A stretch of DNA of 64,000 nt from Vicinamibacteria bacterium (GTDB lineage Bacteria; Acidobacteriota; Vicinamibacteria; Vicinamibacterales; JAENWD01): positions 72,565 to 136,564 of the forward strand of contig CAWCNI010000002.1 in NCBI GenBank assembly GCA_963796915.1, read 5' to 3'. Positions 39,170-49,296 of the stretch are shown here, one piece after another (position 1 is the first letter of the stretch; every line of letters begins with the position of its first letter). The position numbers were made by a program, and so were the translations under genes. The notes beneath the pieces were generated by a model. It made no database searches. It was not told where the DNA came from and was given only the letters and a program-made list of their open reading frames with translations.

Positions 39170-39380
39170 ATTAGAGGATCAAGAAATTATACTGATAATA
39201 AGGGCTGTCGAAAAGCACAAAATGAGCTCGTTAGTGCTTTTCTATCAATAACTTATCCTGTGCACAAGACTGTTAGCCTGGCGCCGCGCATGAAGTGTGC
39301 ACGAATGTGGAAAACCCGGGGTCTCCCGGTTGTGCACATCACGTGCACAGCTCAGGTAGTGGGCGGCCTGTGGAAACCGC
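39170..39380. other. oriC unwinding subregion: AT-rich trio-like tract, IHF-consensus site, DnaA-box-like 9-mers
   Basis: AAGAAATTATACTGATAATAA-GGGC-TGTCGAAAA (39181-39214); TATCAATAACTTA (39243-39255); boxes at 39259, 39296, 39306, 39330, 39369. Confidence 0.82.
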
Positions 39381-39386
39381 AGATTC

Positions 39387-40748
39387 TCACCGGAATGACT
39401 CGAGGAAGCTGTTGATGAGGCTGTTGAAGGCGCCGTCGCGTTTTCTGAGGTCTTCAATCTTGCGAATCGAATGAATGACAGTCGAGTGATGCTTGCCGCC
39501 GAAGCTGCGCCCTATTTCGGGGAGCGACGCGTGCGTCAGGTGCTTACACAGGTGCATCGCCACCTGGCGTGGGATCGTCACTGACTTGGCGTTGTTGCGC
39601 GACTTGAGGTCGGCCACCTTCACCTGGTAGTAGTCGGCCACGAACTTCTGGATGATCTCGATGGTGACGGCCTTCTCGTCGTGATCGAGGATGTTCTTCA
39701 GCACGCCCTGCGCCAGGCTCAACGTGATCGCCGAGTTGGTCAGCGAGGCATACGCGACCAGGCGCGTCAGCGACCCCTCCAGCTCACGGATGTTCGACTT
39801 GATCTTGCCGGCGATGTAGATGGCGACGTTGTCGGGCAGCGGCACGGCGTCCGCTTCGGCCTTTTTCTTGAGAATTGCGACTTTTGTCTCGAGATCCGGT
39901 GGCTGAATGTCGGCGATGAGCCCCCACTCGAAGCGCGATCGCAGGCGCTCCTCGAGCTGAGGAATCTCGTGCGGCGGGCAGTCGCTGCTGATCACGATCT
40001 GCTTCTGGGCGTCGTAGAGCGCGTTGAAGGTGTGGAAGAACTCGGTCTGCGTGCCTTCTTTCCCAGCGAGAAACTGGATGTCGTCCACGAGGAGCACGTC
40101 GACCGATCGGTAGCGCTCGCGGAAATCGAGGATGCGGTCGTACCGCACCGCGTTGATCATCTCGTTCATGAAACGCTCCGACGAGATGTAGGTGAGCTTG
40201 AACCCCCGGTTGTGTTCGAGGACGTAGCGCCCGACGGCGTGCATCAAGTGCGTCTTGCCGAGGCCGACCCCGCCGTAGACGTAGAGCGGGTTGTACGAGC
40301 GGGACGGCGCTTCCGCGACGGCTCGTGATGCGGCATGGGCAAACTGGTTCGACGAGCCCACGATGAAGGTCTCGAACGTGTACCTGGGGTTGAGGCCGGC
40401 CGGCGCGGTGATCGGCCCCGGCGCGGCGTCAGTCTCGAGGGGGCCCGGCACGTCCACTGTCGGCGGCGCGACAGGGTCTGGCGACGCCGGCAGCGGGTCG
40501 CTGGCAGACTGCCCGTCGGCGACGAACAGGATCGTCGTGTCCCTGCGGCCGAGCTCGCCGAGCGCTTCGTTGAGGACTGCCGAATAGTGCTTGGTCAGCC
40601 AGTCCCTGAACAGCACGTTCGGCACACGCACCTGGATGCTGTCGCCGCGATCGGCCAGGTAGGCCGTGGGCTTGAACCAGGTGTAGAAGCTGTGGCGGTT
40701 GATTTTGGTGTCGATGCGCGCGAGCACTTCTTCCCAGATGTTTGTCAT
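39387..40748 (-). CDS. dnaA: Chromosomal replication initiator
   Basis: [42 protein letters not shown]. Confidence 0.98.
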   Translation of the reverse strand: MTNIWEEVLARIDTKINRHSFYTWFKPTAYLADRGDSIQVRVPNVLFRDWLTKHYSAVLNEALGELGRRDTTILFVADGQSASDPLPASPDPVAPPTVDVPGPLETDAAPGPITAPAGLNPRYTFETFIVGSSNQFAHAASRAVAEAPSRSYNPLYVYGGVGLGKTHLMHAVGRYVLEHNRGFKLTYISSERFMNEMINAVRYDRILDFRERYRSVDVLLVDDIQFLAGKEGTQTEFFHTFNALYDAQKQIVISSDCPPHEIPQLEERLRSRFEWGLIADIQPPDLETKVAILKKKAEADAVPLPDNVAIYIAGKIKSNIRELEGSLTRLVAYASLTNSAITLSLAQGVLKNILDHDEKAVTIEIIQKFVADYYQVKVADLKSRNNAKSVTIPRQVAMHLCKHLTHASLPEIGRSFGGKHHSTVIHSIRKIEDLRKRDGAFNSLINSFLESFR

Positions 40749-40929
40749 CGAAGGCTCGCTCGCCGCTGAGGAAAACCGGACTTTCGCCCCTGATGCTGGC
40801 GGAATTTACAGGTTCCTTACCTTGTCGTCACTGCCGTCGGGCCTCAAATAAGGCCCTAAAGCCTTTCGCCATGGCGGAATACCAGTCCCGAGGCCTGTCG
40901 CCGGGCAGTGCCATCGCGTAAACGGGCGG

Positions 40930-40961
40930 TTTTCCACAATTTTTTCCACAGGTGTGGAAAA
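40930..40961. promoter_or_regulatory. Three clustered DnaA boxes upstream of dnaA
   Basis: TTTTCCACA (40930-40938), TTTTCCACA (40942-40950), TGTGGAAAA (40953-40961). Confidence 0.85.
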
Positions 40962-41203
40962 CTTTGGGAGGAAACCCCAATGGATGGGCTCATCAGCGCG
41001 CCGCTTTTCGGTGCAGGCAGACCGGCGAATGTACCACAGCGGACCCACGACAGCCAGTGATTCCCCCCTGTTTTGCGCTCGCGGAATTGACACGATGAAG
41101 CCGGCTTCGCTACCATTTGTGGTTCGCCCGTCCGGCAGATGCCGGAACTGCCGGAGTTCGGCGCGCGGGCGCTCCAGGCGGTCTCGCCGAAGGATTTGCA
41201 GCG

Positions 41204-41350
41204 ATGAAGCGTACGTATCAGCCCAATAACCGCCGGCGCCGGCGAACGCACGGATTTCTGGTGCGCATGCGGTCGAAGAATGGCCGCATCGTGCTCAAGC
41301 GCCGCCGCGCCAAGGGCCGCAAGCGCCTGACAGTCTCGTCGCCCAGGTAA
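41204..41350 (+). CDS. rpmH: 50S ribosomal protein L34
   Basis: [22 protein letters not shown]. Confidence 0.97.
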   Translation: MKRTYQPNNRRRRRTHGFLVRMRSKNGRIVLKRRRAKGRKRLTVSSPR

Positions 41351-41401
41351 CCCGTACCCACCGGACCAAGCTGAGCAACGGCCGGGTCGGTGAGGCCCGC
41401 C

Positions 41402-41755
41402 ATGGCAGACCAGCGGTTCCGGCCCCACGCACACATCAGGCGCCGGGTGGATTTCCAGGCGGCGTACGACACCGGCCGGAAGATGTCCGGCCGCCACCTG
41501 CTGGTGTTCTCGCTCGCTCGACCGGGTCAGGCCAGCCGGTTGGGTATTGCGGCGTCCCGCAAGGTCGGGGACGCCGTCGAGCGTAATCGGGCGAAGCGCC
41601 TGGTGCGGGAATTGTTCCGCCGGCACCCCGTGCCGCCGGGCTTCGATATCGTGGTCGTGCCGCGCCGGACCCTGCTAGATGCCAGCTTCAGCAGCCTCGA
41701 GGCCGAGTATGTCGCAACACTGGGACGACTCCGGCCCGCCGGCGGACGGGCGTGA
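41402..41755 (+). CDS. rnpA: Ribonuclease P protein component
   Basis: RLGIAASRKVGDAVERNRAKRLVRE. Confidence 0.95.
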   Translation: MADQRFRPHAHIRRRVDFQAAYDTGRKMSGRHLLVFSLARPGQASRLGIAASRKVGDAVERNRAKRLVRELFRRHPVPPGFDIVVVPRRTLLDASFSSLEAEYVATLGRLRPAGGRA

Positions 41756-41987
41756 GCCCGGACTCGCCGCGCGCGGCGCCCTTGGCCTGCTTCGTGTCTA
41801 CAAACTCCTTTTTTCACCACTATTTGCAGGCTCGTGCCGGTTCGAGCCGTCCTGCTCGTCCTACATGGCGCAGGCCATCCGTGTGCACGGCGTAGTGCGC
41901 GGCGGGTGGCTCGGTCTGGTCCGGCTGTGCCGGTGTCAGCCGTTTGGCTCGTCCGGGTACGACCCGGTGCCCGATCGCCGTTCCTGA
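41709..41987 (+). CDS. yidD: Membrane protein insertion efficiency factor; start uncertain
   Basis: CRFEPSCSSY, RLCRCQPF, GYDPVP. Confidence 0.9.
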   Translation: MSQHWDDSGPPADGREPGLAARGALGLLRVYKLLFSPLFAGSCRFEPSCSSYMAQAIRVHGVVRGGWLGLVRLCRCQPFGSSGYDPVPDRRS

Positions 41988-41997
41988 TTCCTCCTCA

Positions 41998-43767
41998 ATG
42001 GAAAAGCGTGTCCTCGTCGCCGTCCTGCTGTCGTTCCTCGTCCTGTGGGCGTATACAGCCATTGTTCCGCATCCGAAACCGCCGCTGAAGGCCGCCTCAG
42101 CTGCCGTTCAGGCAGCGGCGACCGACGCCGGCACGCTCGAGGACAGCAGCGCCAGCAGTGTCGCCGGTGCCGGATCGGTCCCGGCGCCAGTCGTGCCCGC
42201 CGTCGTCGCGACGGTCTCTGATTCGGCCGAGCATTCGGTCGTCGTCGACACAAAGCTGGTGCGCGCGGTGTTCAGCAATCGTGGCGGCGTCCTGACGAGC
42301 TGGACGCTGAAGAAGTACTCGGATGGCCAAGGCCACCCCGTGGACCTGGTGCCGGAGAGCCTGCCGCCGTCCGAGGCGCGGCCGTTCTCCGTGCGGCTTG
42401 CCGACCCCGCGCGGACGGCGCTGGCCAACTCGGCGCTGTTCCACGTCAGCACGCCGGACACCCTGGACGCGACAGCCGCGCCCGCGACGATCGTGTTCGA
42501 CTACGAGGACGAGTCCGGGTTTCGTGCGCACAAGCAGTTCCGCGTCGATCCCGACTCGTACGTCGTGACGTTCTCGATCGCCGTCAAGGACAAGAGCGCG
42601 GACCTCAATCCTGTCGTGCAGTGGGGGCCTGGTCTCGGCGATTCGCAGTTCGTCGTCGGCAAGACTCAGCGCTTCGGCACCTACGTCCAGCACTCCCAGG
42701 CCATCGTCTACTCGGAGGGCTCGTGCTGGCCGTGGGAGACGCGCTGCTCGCAACGGCTGCCGGCGCCCAAGGTGCTGCAGCACCCGACGTGGCAGGGCGA
42801 CTACCCGTTTGCCGGCATCGACGATCACTACTTCCTGGCGAGCCTGGTGCAGCCGGGGCAGGCGCGCGTCACGTTCCGCCCGAGCAAGGTCGCGCTGCCG
42901 GGACAGACCGACCTGCGCGAGCTGATGTCGTTCGACGCGTTGTTTGCGACGCCGCCCACCGAGAAGCGGGTGTTTGTCGGCCCCAAGGACTTCGACGTCC
43001 TGGCCTCCGTCGATCGCGATCTCGTCCGCACGATCTACTACGGCACGTTCGCGTTCCTGGCGGTGCCGCTGCTGCACGCGCTGAAGTGGATCAACGCGTT
43101 TGTCGGCAACTACGGCTGGTCGATCATCATCCTGACCTTCATCATCAACGCGCTCATGTTCCCGCTGCGGCACAAGAGCGTGGCGTCGATGCGGAAGATG
43201 CAGGCGATCCAGCCGCAGGTGAAAGCGATCAACGATCGCTACGCGAACCTGAAGCTGACGGACCCGGATCAGCAGAACAAGAACAAAGAGCTGATGGCGC
43301 TCTACCGTGAGAAGGGCGTCAACCCGACCGGCGGCTGCGCGCCGATGCTGCTCACCCTGCCGATTCTCTTTGCGTTCTACTCGATGCTGTCGGTGTCGAT
43401 CGAGTTGCGCGGACAGCCCTTCGCGCTGTGGATTCACGACCTCTCGCAGCACGACCCGTACTACATCACGCCGGTCCTGATGGGCCTGTCGATGCTGTGG
43501 CAGCAGCGGCTGACGCCGACGCCCGATCCCGCCCAGGCGCGGGTGATGATGATCACGCCCATCATGTTCCTGGTATTTTTCCTCTGGGCGCCGAGCGGGC
43601 TTGTGCTTTACTGGTTGGTCAGCAACATGCTGGGCATCGCCCAGCAGTACGCGACCGGCCGCATCATCGGCATGCCGATGCAGAAGGGACCGGGCCCCGC
43701 AGCGGAGCGGAGGCTGAAGCAGGCCGGCACCGGACAGACAGACCGCGCGCGCGGCAGCCAGCGATAA
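41998..43767 (+). CDS. yidC: Membrane protein insertase
   Basis: GNYGWSIIILT, NPTGGCAP, WIHDLSQHDPYY, PSGLVLYW. Confidence 0.96.
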   Translation: MEKRVLVAVLLSFLVLWAYTAIVPHPKPPLKAASAAVQAAATDAGTLEDSSASSVAGAGSVPAPVVPAVVATVSDSAEHSVVVDTKLVRAVFSNRGGVLTSWTLKKYSDGQGHPVDLVPESLPPSEARPFSVRLADPARTALANSALFHVSTPDTLDATAAPATIVFDYEDESGFRAHKQFRVDPDSYVVTFSIAVKDKSADLNPVVQWGPGLGDSQFVVGKTQRFGTYVQHSQAIVYSEGSCWPWETRCSQRLPAPKVLQHPTWQGDYPFAGIDDHYFLASLVQPGQARVTFRPSKVALPGQTDLRELMSFDALFATPPTEKRVFVGPKDFDVLASVDRDLVRTIYYGTFAFLAVPLLHALKWINAFVGNYGWSIIILTFIINALMFPLRHKSVASMRKMQAIQPQVKAINDRYANLKLTDPDQQNKNKELMALYREKGVNPTGGCAPMLLTLPILFAFYSMLSVSIELRGQPFALWIHDLSQHDPYYITPVLMGLSMLWQQRLTPTPDPAQARVMMITPIMFLVFFLWAPSGLVLYWLVSNMLGIAQQYATGRIIGMPMQKGPGPAAERRLKQAGTGQTDRARGSQR

Positions 43768-43775
43768 AACGGATC

Positions 43776-44231
43776 ATGACGACCGACATCTCAGAGCAGA
43801 TCGCCACGTTCGTGACAGAAGTGCTGACGGCCATGGGCGCGACGCCACAGGTGCAAGCCGCCGCCAACCCTGATGGCGCGATCAGGATCGACATCGAGGG
43901 CGAGGGCGCCGAAGTGCTCCTGTTCCAGCGCGGCGACGCCCTGCGCGCGCTCCAGACCATCGTCAACACCGCGTTTCGCCGTCAGCTCGGCGAGGACCGC
44001 CGGGTCGTCGTCGACTGTCAGGGGTTTCGCCGCGACAAGGACGCCGAGCTTCGGCAGATGGCGCTTTTCCTGGGCGAGAAGGCGCTTCGTTCCGGCACAC
44101 CGCAGGAGATGGGGCCGCTCAACTCATACGAGCGGCGGATCGTTCACATGGCGGTTGCGGAGCTGGCCGGCGTGACGTCAGAGAGCATCGGCGATGCGGC
44201 GGTCAAGACTGTCATTATCAGCTCCAAATAG
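43776..44231 (+). CDS. jag: Jag/EloR-like KH-R3H RNA-binding protein, short form
   Basis: GDALRALQ, PLNSYERRIVH; position after yidC. Confidence 0.88.
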   Translation: MTTDISEQIATFVTEVLTAMGATPQVQAAANPDGAIRIDIEGEGAEVLLFQRGDALRALQTIVNTAFRRQLGEDRRVVVDCQGFRRDKDAELRQMALFLGEKALRSGTPQEMGPLNSYERRIVHMAVAELAGVTSESIGDAAVKTVIISSK

Positions 44232-44351
44232 CCGTTAAATACCTGACAATAAACGACTTACTGCGATCTGTACCACATCGGTCCCAGCCTCGTTCGGGCT
44301 GCCGATTTTCTGCCTTTCCCGCCACGCCGACACTGACATAAGCTCGGGGGG

Positions 44352-45029
44352 ATGGCCAGGCCGGCGCGGTCCGCACCGAAGTCCTTCCTCGACAGGCTCA
44401 CGCGCCGGATTCGTCGCGCTGGCGCGGCTGTGGATACGCCGACCGCCACGGCGCTCGACCAGTACCTCCAGCTGCTGGCGCTGTGGAACGCGAAAATCAA
44501 TCTCACTGCCTTTGCCCTGCAGGACCCGACCGACGAGGCTGTCGATCGGCTCGTCGTCGAGCCTGTTGTCGCGGCGCGGCTGCTTCCCGGCGGCCCGATC
44601 CGGGTGATCGACATCGGCTCCGGGAGCGGCTCACCTGCTCTGCCCATGGCGGTCGCGTCGAAGAGCGTGTCGCTGACGATGGTGGAGTCGAAGACGAGGA
44701 AGGCAGTGTTTCTGTCCGAGGCAGTTCGGCATCTTCAGCTGAATGCCACCGTACAGACTGCGCGATTCGAACAGCTGCTCTCGACGCCGGAGATGCACGA
44801 GGCCTTCGACGTGCTGTCAATCCGTGCCGTGCGGGTTGAAGTGAAAACCCTGCTGACCCTCCAGGCGTTTGTCCGTCCAGGCGGCCTGTTGTTCTGGTTT
44901 CGCGGTCCCAGCGGGCCGGACGTGCCGCCGGAGCCTATTTTTCCGCTGGTCTGGACGTCGACGACGCCGTTGGTGGAGAACCTGAGGAGCCGGCTGGTGA
45001 TTTTGACGAAGGCGATGGGGAGGCGGTAG
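44352..45029 (+). CDS. rsmG: 16S rRNA G527 N7-methyltransferase
   Basis: WNAKINLTA, IDIGSGSGSPALP, VESKTRKAVFL. Confidence 0.92.
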   Translation: MARPARSAPKSFLDRLTRRIRRAGAAVDTPTATALDQYLQLLALWNAKINLTAFALQDPTDEAVDRLVVEPVVAARLLPGGPIRVIDIGSGSGSPALPMAVASKSVSLTMVESKTRKAVFLSEAVRHLQLNATVQTARFEQLLSTPEMHEAFDVLSIRAVRVEVKTLLTLQAFVRPGGLLFWFRGPSGPDVPPEPIFPLVWTSTTPLVENLRSRLVILTKAMGRR

Positions 45030-45280
45030 CGCTGCGGGCAGGGCAGGCCCAGGAGGCCAATGGCCGAGAGGGCCAAGGAAGGTGAGGGCCAGGGCAAGGG
45101 AGCGGCAGGCACGCAGGCAGTAACGGGCAACGGCACGGAAGGGCCGGGGCACGGCAGGGCACGGCGGGCGAGGGCCAAGGCGGGGCTCGGGTCTGAGCCG
45201 GCAAGATGGGCCCAGGCCGTGGTCGCCGACGAAGATCCCTAAAAGTCGCCTTTTTGCAGGGGATTCCGATTCCGATCAAT

Positions 45281-45371
45281 GGCCAATCTCAAGATTGGCC
45301 CTACCGGGGTCGCACCGGTAGAGGCCGGACTCCGTAGACGATCTCGGTAGGGCCAATCTTCAGAATCGGCC
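45281..45371. repeat. Inverted pair of variant REP copies
   Basis: GGCCAATCTCAAGATTGGCCCTAC (45281-45304) and GTAGGGCCAATCTTCAGAATCGGCC (45347-45371). Confidence 0.8.
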
Positions 45372-45418
45372 ATGTCCAGGCCGGCGACTCGGACTTCACC
45401 CCACTCGTGTGCCGCAAG

Positions 45419-45434
45419 TGTTTCACGTGAAACA
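45419..45434. promoter_or_regulatory. parS centromere site
   Basis: Perfect TGTTTCACGTGAAACA palindrome upstream of parAB. Confidence 0.95.
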
Positions 45435-45917
45435 CCGCGCCTCGTCAACCGGCGTCTCGGGCTTCTCGACTCCCACTGCTCCATTTCTCATTCCCTGGCT
45501 TTTGCCAGTCCTTTCCCTGAGGCGGGCGCCCAAGAGAGGGGAGAAGGGCGAGCGTTTTTGTCTCGGGCCCACCTCATTGCCAGCCTAGCCCTGCCGAGCC
45601 GCCGGCCTCACCTTTTCTCGGACCTTGCTGGCCTCGCCTGCCTGCTCCTGCGTTGCCGTTGCCTATGCTGCTACCTTGCGCTGCCGGCGCCCCGGCCCTG
45701 CCCTCTTCCTCTGCCTCCTCGGCCTCCTTGGCTTGCTCGGCTCCCGCGGCCTCTTCGGCGCGCTTCGCCTTGCCCCGTAATCCCTTGCCACGCCCGCCGC
45801 GTGGACCTATGATTTTCAAGTCGTTCGGCGGCCGCGTTAGGTCATTTAACCAATAATCGTCCTCGACTCTTTCGTCGCGGTCCTGACCGCCAACCGGCGC
45901 TACTCTCAATTCCCCGA

Positions 45918-46691
45918 ATGTCGCGGACTGTCGCAATCACAAATCAGAAGGGCGGTGTCGGCAAGACGACCACCGCCATCAACCTCGCCGCGTCGCTGGC
46001 GCTGGCGGACCAGCGCGTCCTGCTCGTCGACCTCGACCCGCAGGGCAACATGACCAGCGGCGTCGGGCTTCGCGGACAGCGCGGCGCCGGCGGCACGATC
46101 TACGACGCGCTTGTCGGGACCGAGCCCGCCGATGCCATGGACTTCGTGCTGCAGACTGGCGTCGACAACCTTTCCGCCATCACCGCCGACGGCAGTCTCA
46201 CCGGCGCCGAGATCGAGCTGGTGCCGCTGCCGGAGCGCGAACATCGCCTCCGGCGTTTTCTGGCCCCGCTCAAAGACCACTACGACCGCATCTTCATCGA
46301 CTGCCCGCCCTCGCTCGGACTGCTGACGCTCAACGGTCTGGTCGCTGCCGACGCGGTCCTGATTCCGCTCCACTGCGAGTACTTCGCGCTCGAGGGACTC
46401 GCGGCGCTGGTCGCGACGCTGCGCCGCGTCCGGGCCTCGCTCAACCCGTCGCTCGACATCGATGGCGTGCTGCTCACGATGCACGACGAGAGAACGAACC
46501 TGGGCCAGCAGGTCGCCCGCGAGGTGCGCGAGTTCTTCAAGGAGAAGGTCTATCAGACGGTGATCCCGCGCAACGTCCGCCTCGGCGAGGCGCCCAGCCA
46601 CGGCAAACCGGCGATTCTCTACGACGCGAACTCGCGCGGCGCCGAGGCCTACCTGACGCTCGCGAAAGAAGTGATCGCCCGATCGACCTAG
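45918..46691 (+). CDS. parA: ParA/Soj ATPase
   Basis: NQKGGVGKTTT, DLDPQGN, IDCPPSLG, EAPSHG. Confidence 0.96.
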   Translation: MSRTVAITNQKGGVGKTTTAINLAASLALADQRVLLVDLDPQGNMTSGVGLRGQRGAGGTIYDALVGTEPADAMDFVLQTGVDNLSAITADGSLTGAEIELVPLPEREHRLRRFLAPLKDHYDRIFIDCPPSLGLLTLNGLVAADAVLIPLHCEYFALEGLAALVATLRRVRASLNPSLDIDGVLLTMHDERTNLGQQVAREVREFFKEKVYQTVIPRNVRLGEAPSHGKPAILYDANSRGAEAYLTLAKEVIARST

Positions 46692-46714
46692 ACTGGTCGC
46701 AAGGAACTGTCCGC

Positions 46715-47596
46715 ATGGAGAAACGTCCCGCTCTCGGCAAGGGCCTGAGCGCCCTCATTCCAGATCTGCCGCCTTCGCCGGCGCCGGCATCGGCGCCTGT
46801 CGATCTCGCGATCGACGAGCTCGCGCCGAACGACTACCAGCCGCGCGCGCACTTCGACGATGCCCGCCTCGACGAACTGGCGGCGTCGATTCGCGCCAAC
46901 GGCATCATCCAGCCAATCGTCGTCTCACGATCGCCGAACGGCTTCCGCATCATCGCCGGCGAGCGGCGCTGGCGCGCGGCGAAGATGGCCGGCCTGGCGC
47001 GCGTGCCGATCGTGGTGAAGGAATCTGGCGCGGACGCACCGCAGTCGCTGCTCCAGCTCGCGCTCATCGAGAACATCCAGCGCGAGGATCTGAACCCGAT
47101 CGACGAGGCGAGAGCGTACCGGCGGCTGGCCGACGAATTTCGCCAGACGCAGGACACCATAGCCACCAGCGTCGGCAAGGATCGCGCGACAGTCGCCAAC
47201 ACCTTGCGGCTGCTGAAGCTGCCCGACGAGATTCAGCACGATCTGATAGGTGGTGCGATCACGACCGGTCACGCGCGCGCGCTGCTCGCGCTGGCAACAG
47301 AGGCGTCGCAGCTGGCACTCGCACGTGAAGTGAAAACGCGCGGCCTCTCCGTTCGCGAGACCGAGGCGCTCGTCAAGGCTCGTCTCGCCGGCGAGAGTGA
47401 AACCCCCGGCGGATCGAAGGCGGCTACTGCGCCGGCACCTCCCGACGTTCACACTCGCGCCGCCGAGGAGAAGCTTCGTCTCCACCTCGGGACGCGAGTC
47501 CGCATCGTCCGCAAGGGGCAGGCCGGGCGGATCGAGATCGAGTTCACGAGCGAGAACGAGCTGATTCGGCTCTACGACGTGCTCGTCGGGGAATGA
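46715..47596 (+). CDS. parB: ParB/Spo0J partition protein
   Basis: LGKGLSALI, IAGERRWRA, ENIQREDL, GKDRATVAN. Confidence 0.96.
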   Translation: MEKRPALGKGLSALIPDLPPSPAPASAPVDLAIDELAPNDYQPRAHFDDARLDELAASIRANGIIQPIVVSRSPNGFRIIAGERRWRAAKMAGLARVPIVVKESGADAPQSLLQLALIENIQREDLNPIDEARAYRRLADEFRQTQDTIATSVGKDRATVANTLRLLKLPDEIQHDLIGGAITTGHARALLALATEASQLALAREVKTRGLSVRETEALVKARLAGESETPGGSKAATAPAPPDVHTRAAEEKLRLHLGTRVRIVRKGQAGRIEIEFTSENELIRLYDVLVGE

Positions 47597-48643
47597 CAAT
47601 GGCGACTACGGCGAGGCGACTGACTGAACTGGTGAAATGCGCCGGCTGCGCCAGCAAGCTGGCCGCGGGCGAGCTGGCGCAGGCGCTTCACGATCTTCCG
47701 CCGCAGACCGATCCCGCGGTGCTCGTCGACTACCGCACGTCCGACGATGCCGGCGTCTACCGCTGGCCTGGCGGCCCGGCACTCGTGCAGACAGTGGACT
47801 TCTTCACGCCGATCGTCGACGACCCCTTCACGTACGGCCAGATCGCGGCCGCCAACGCGATCAGCGATGTGTATGCGATGGGCGGCGAGCCACTCACCGC
47901 GCTTGCCATCGCCGCGTTCCCCGACGACACGCTCGACCAGCACACCATCCGGCAGATCTTTCTCGGCGGCCTCGACAAGCTTCGAGAGGCCGGCATCTCG
48001 CTGCTCGGCGGCCACACGGTGCGCGACCCTGAAGTGAAGTTCGGCTACGCCGTGACGGGCCGGGTCGATCCCGATCGCATCTGGACGAATACCGGCGCGC
48101 GCGCGGGAGACTGCCTCATTTTTACCAAGGCGCTGGGCACCGGGATTGCGGGCACCGCGATCAAGCGGAAGGCGGCGCCCGAGGCGCTGGTCGCCGCCGC
48201 GGTCCGATCGATGATCACGCTGAACCGGGTGGCTGCGGGCGTTCTGCGGAACCACGGCGCCGCCGTGCACGGATGTACCTGACGTCACCGGCTTCGGCCT
48301 GATCGGCCACGCCAGCGAGATGGCCAACGGCAGCGGCGTGACCCTGGTGTTTGACACGGCATCCGTGCCGATTTTGCCGGGCGCGCTTGCGGTGGCCGAC
48401 GAAAACCAGTCGCGCGGCCTCGCGACCAATCGCCAGCAGTTCGCGCCGATGACCGACGACGGGGGGATCACCGGCGCGGCGCTCGACGTCTTGTTCGACC
48501 CGCAGACGTCGGGCGGTTTGCTGGTCGCGCTCGACCCGGCGACAGCGCCGGCCATCCTGGCGGCGCTGCAGGCCGCCGATGTCCCGGCCGTGGCCGTCGG
48601 CCACGTGACTGCCCGCGGCATCCACGCCGTCAGGCTGACCTGA
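47593..48643 (+). CDS. selD: Selenide, water dikinase (Cys form); +1 frameshift at ~48279
   Basis: KCAGCASKL, QTVDFFTPIVDDP, AANAISDVYAMGG, GGHT; removing one base gives GCTDVTGFGLIGH...FDPQTSGGLL. Confidence 0.92.
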
Positions 48644-48649
48644 CGACAG

Positions 48650-49048
48650 TTATCCTCTCGCGGTTCGGGATGTCCCGAGCCGCTGCCTGATCCAGACGGC
48701 CAGGCCTTCGACGCCAACCTCGCCCGCCGTCATGGCGCTCAGCACCTGATCTGCGTCGCGGTCGCTGGCCATCAGCGACGCGCCGTTGGCGAGAAGGAAG
48801 CATTCGGCTGCCACCCAGGCGGTCTCCCGCGCGCGCTCGAAAAAGGCACCCCCGGAAAGCAGCCCCTGCGCGAGGACGGCGGCCTTCGCTTCAAGCGACG
48901 GGTAGACGTCCTCGCCCTCGAATGCGGCCGCTGGCCGCGACGCGCAGTATTCGAGCGACCGCAGATCGCGGACACCGGCTTCATGCAGATGGCCGACGAG
49001 GCTCTGGTGGAGGCTCAGAATCTGTTCGACGGAGAGGTAGCGGATCAT
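48650..49048 (-). CDS. Doc/Fic-fold protein with degenerate active site
   Basis: Doc scaffold YLSVEQILSLH, GVRD, RP, YPSLEAKAA, FLLANG; catalytic HPFxDGNKR replaced by GAFFERARE. Confidence 0.8.
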   Translation of the reverse strand: MIRYLSVEQILSLHQSLVGHLHEAGVRDLRSLEYCASRPAAAFEGEDVYPSLEAKAAVLAQGLLSGGAFFERARETAWVAAECFLLANGASLMASDRDADQVLSAMTAGEVGVEGLAVWIRQRLGTSRTARG

Positions 49049-49290
49049 CGGTCGACCGGCTTCAGCAGGGCCACGCGCCGATCGAGCACTTCCCCGACGA
49101 GCGCCCTGAACGCGCTGGTCACCTGTCCATCCTCGACTCGCGCGACGCCAAGTCGAATGGTCAGCGCGCCGCTCATCGGGTGCATCGACAGCTCCACCTC
49201 CTGACCCTTCCGGAGTCCGAACGCCTGAACCACGTCAGCGGGTAAGGTGACGGCCAACGAACTGCCGGTCTGGACAAGCGAGCGCTTCAT
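49045..49290 (-). CDS. AbrB/MazE-family antitoxin-like DNA-binding protein
   Basis: LVQTGSSLAVTLPADVVQAFGLRKGQEVEL; ATGA overlap with doc-like gene. Confidence 0.85.
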   Translation of the reverse strand: MKRSLVQTGSSLAVTLPADVVQAFGLRKGQEVELSMHPMSGALTIRLGVARVEDGQVTSAFRALVGEVLDRRVALLKPVDR

Positions 49291-49296
49291 GGAAGT

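Noticed and set aside
45060..45936. Small ORFs in the rsmG-parA spacer
   Set aside because: Low-complexity translations of repeats that overlap parS and REP; no convincing RBS or family motifs
48280..48282. TGA in selD as a selenocysteine codon
   Set aside because: The downstream conserved DVTGFG is in another frame, so this is a frameshift; the active-site codons are TGC
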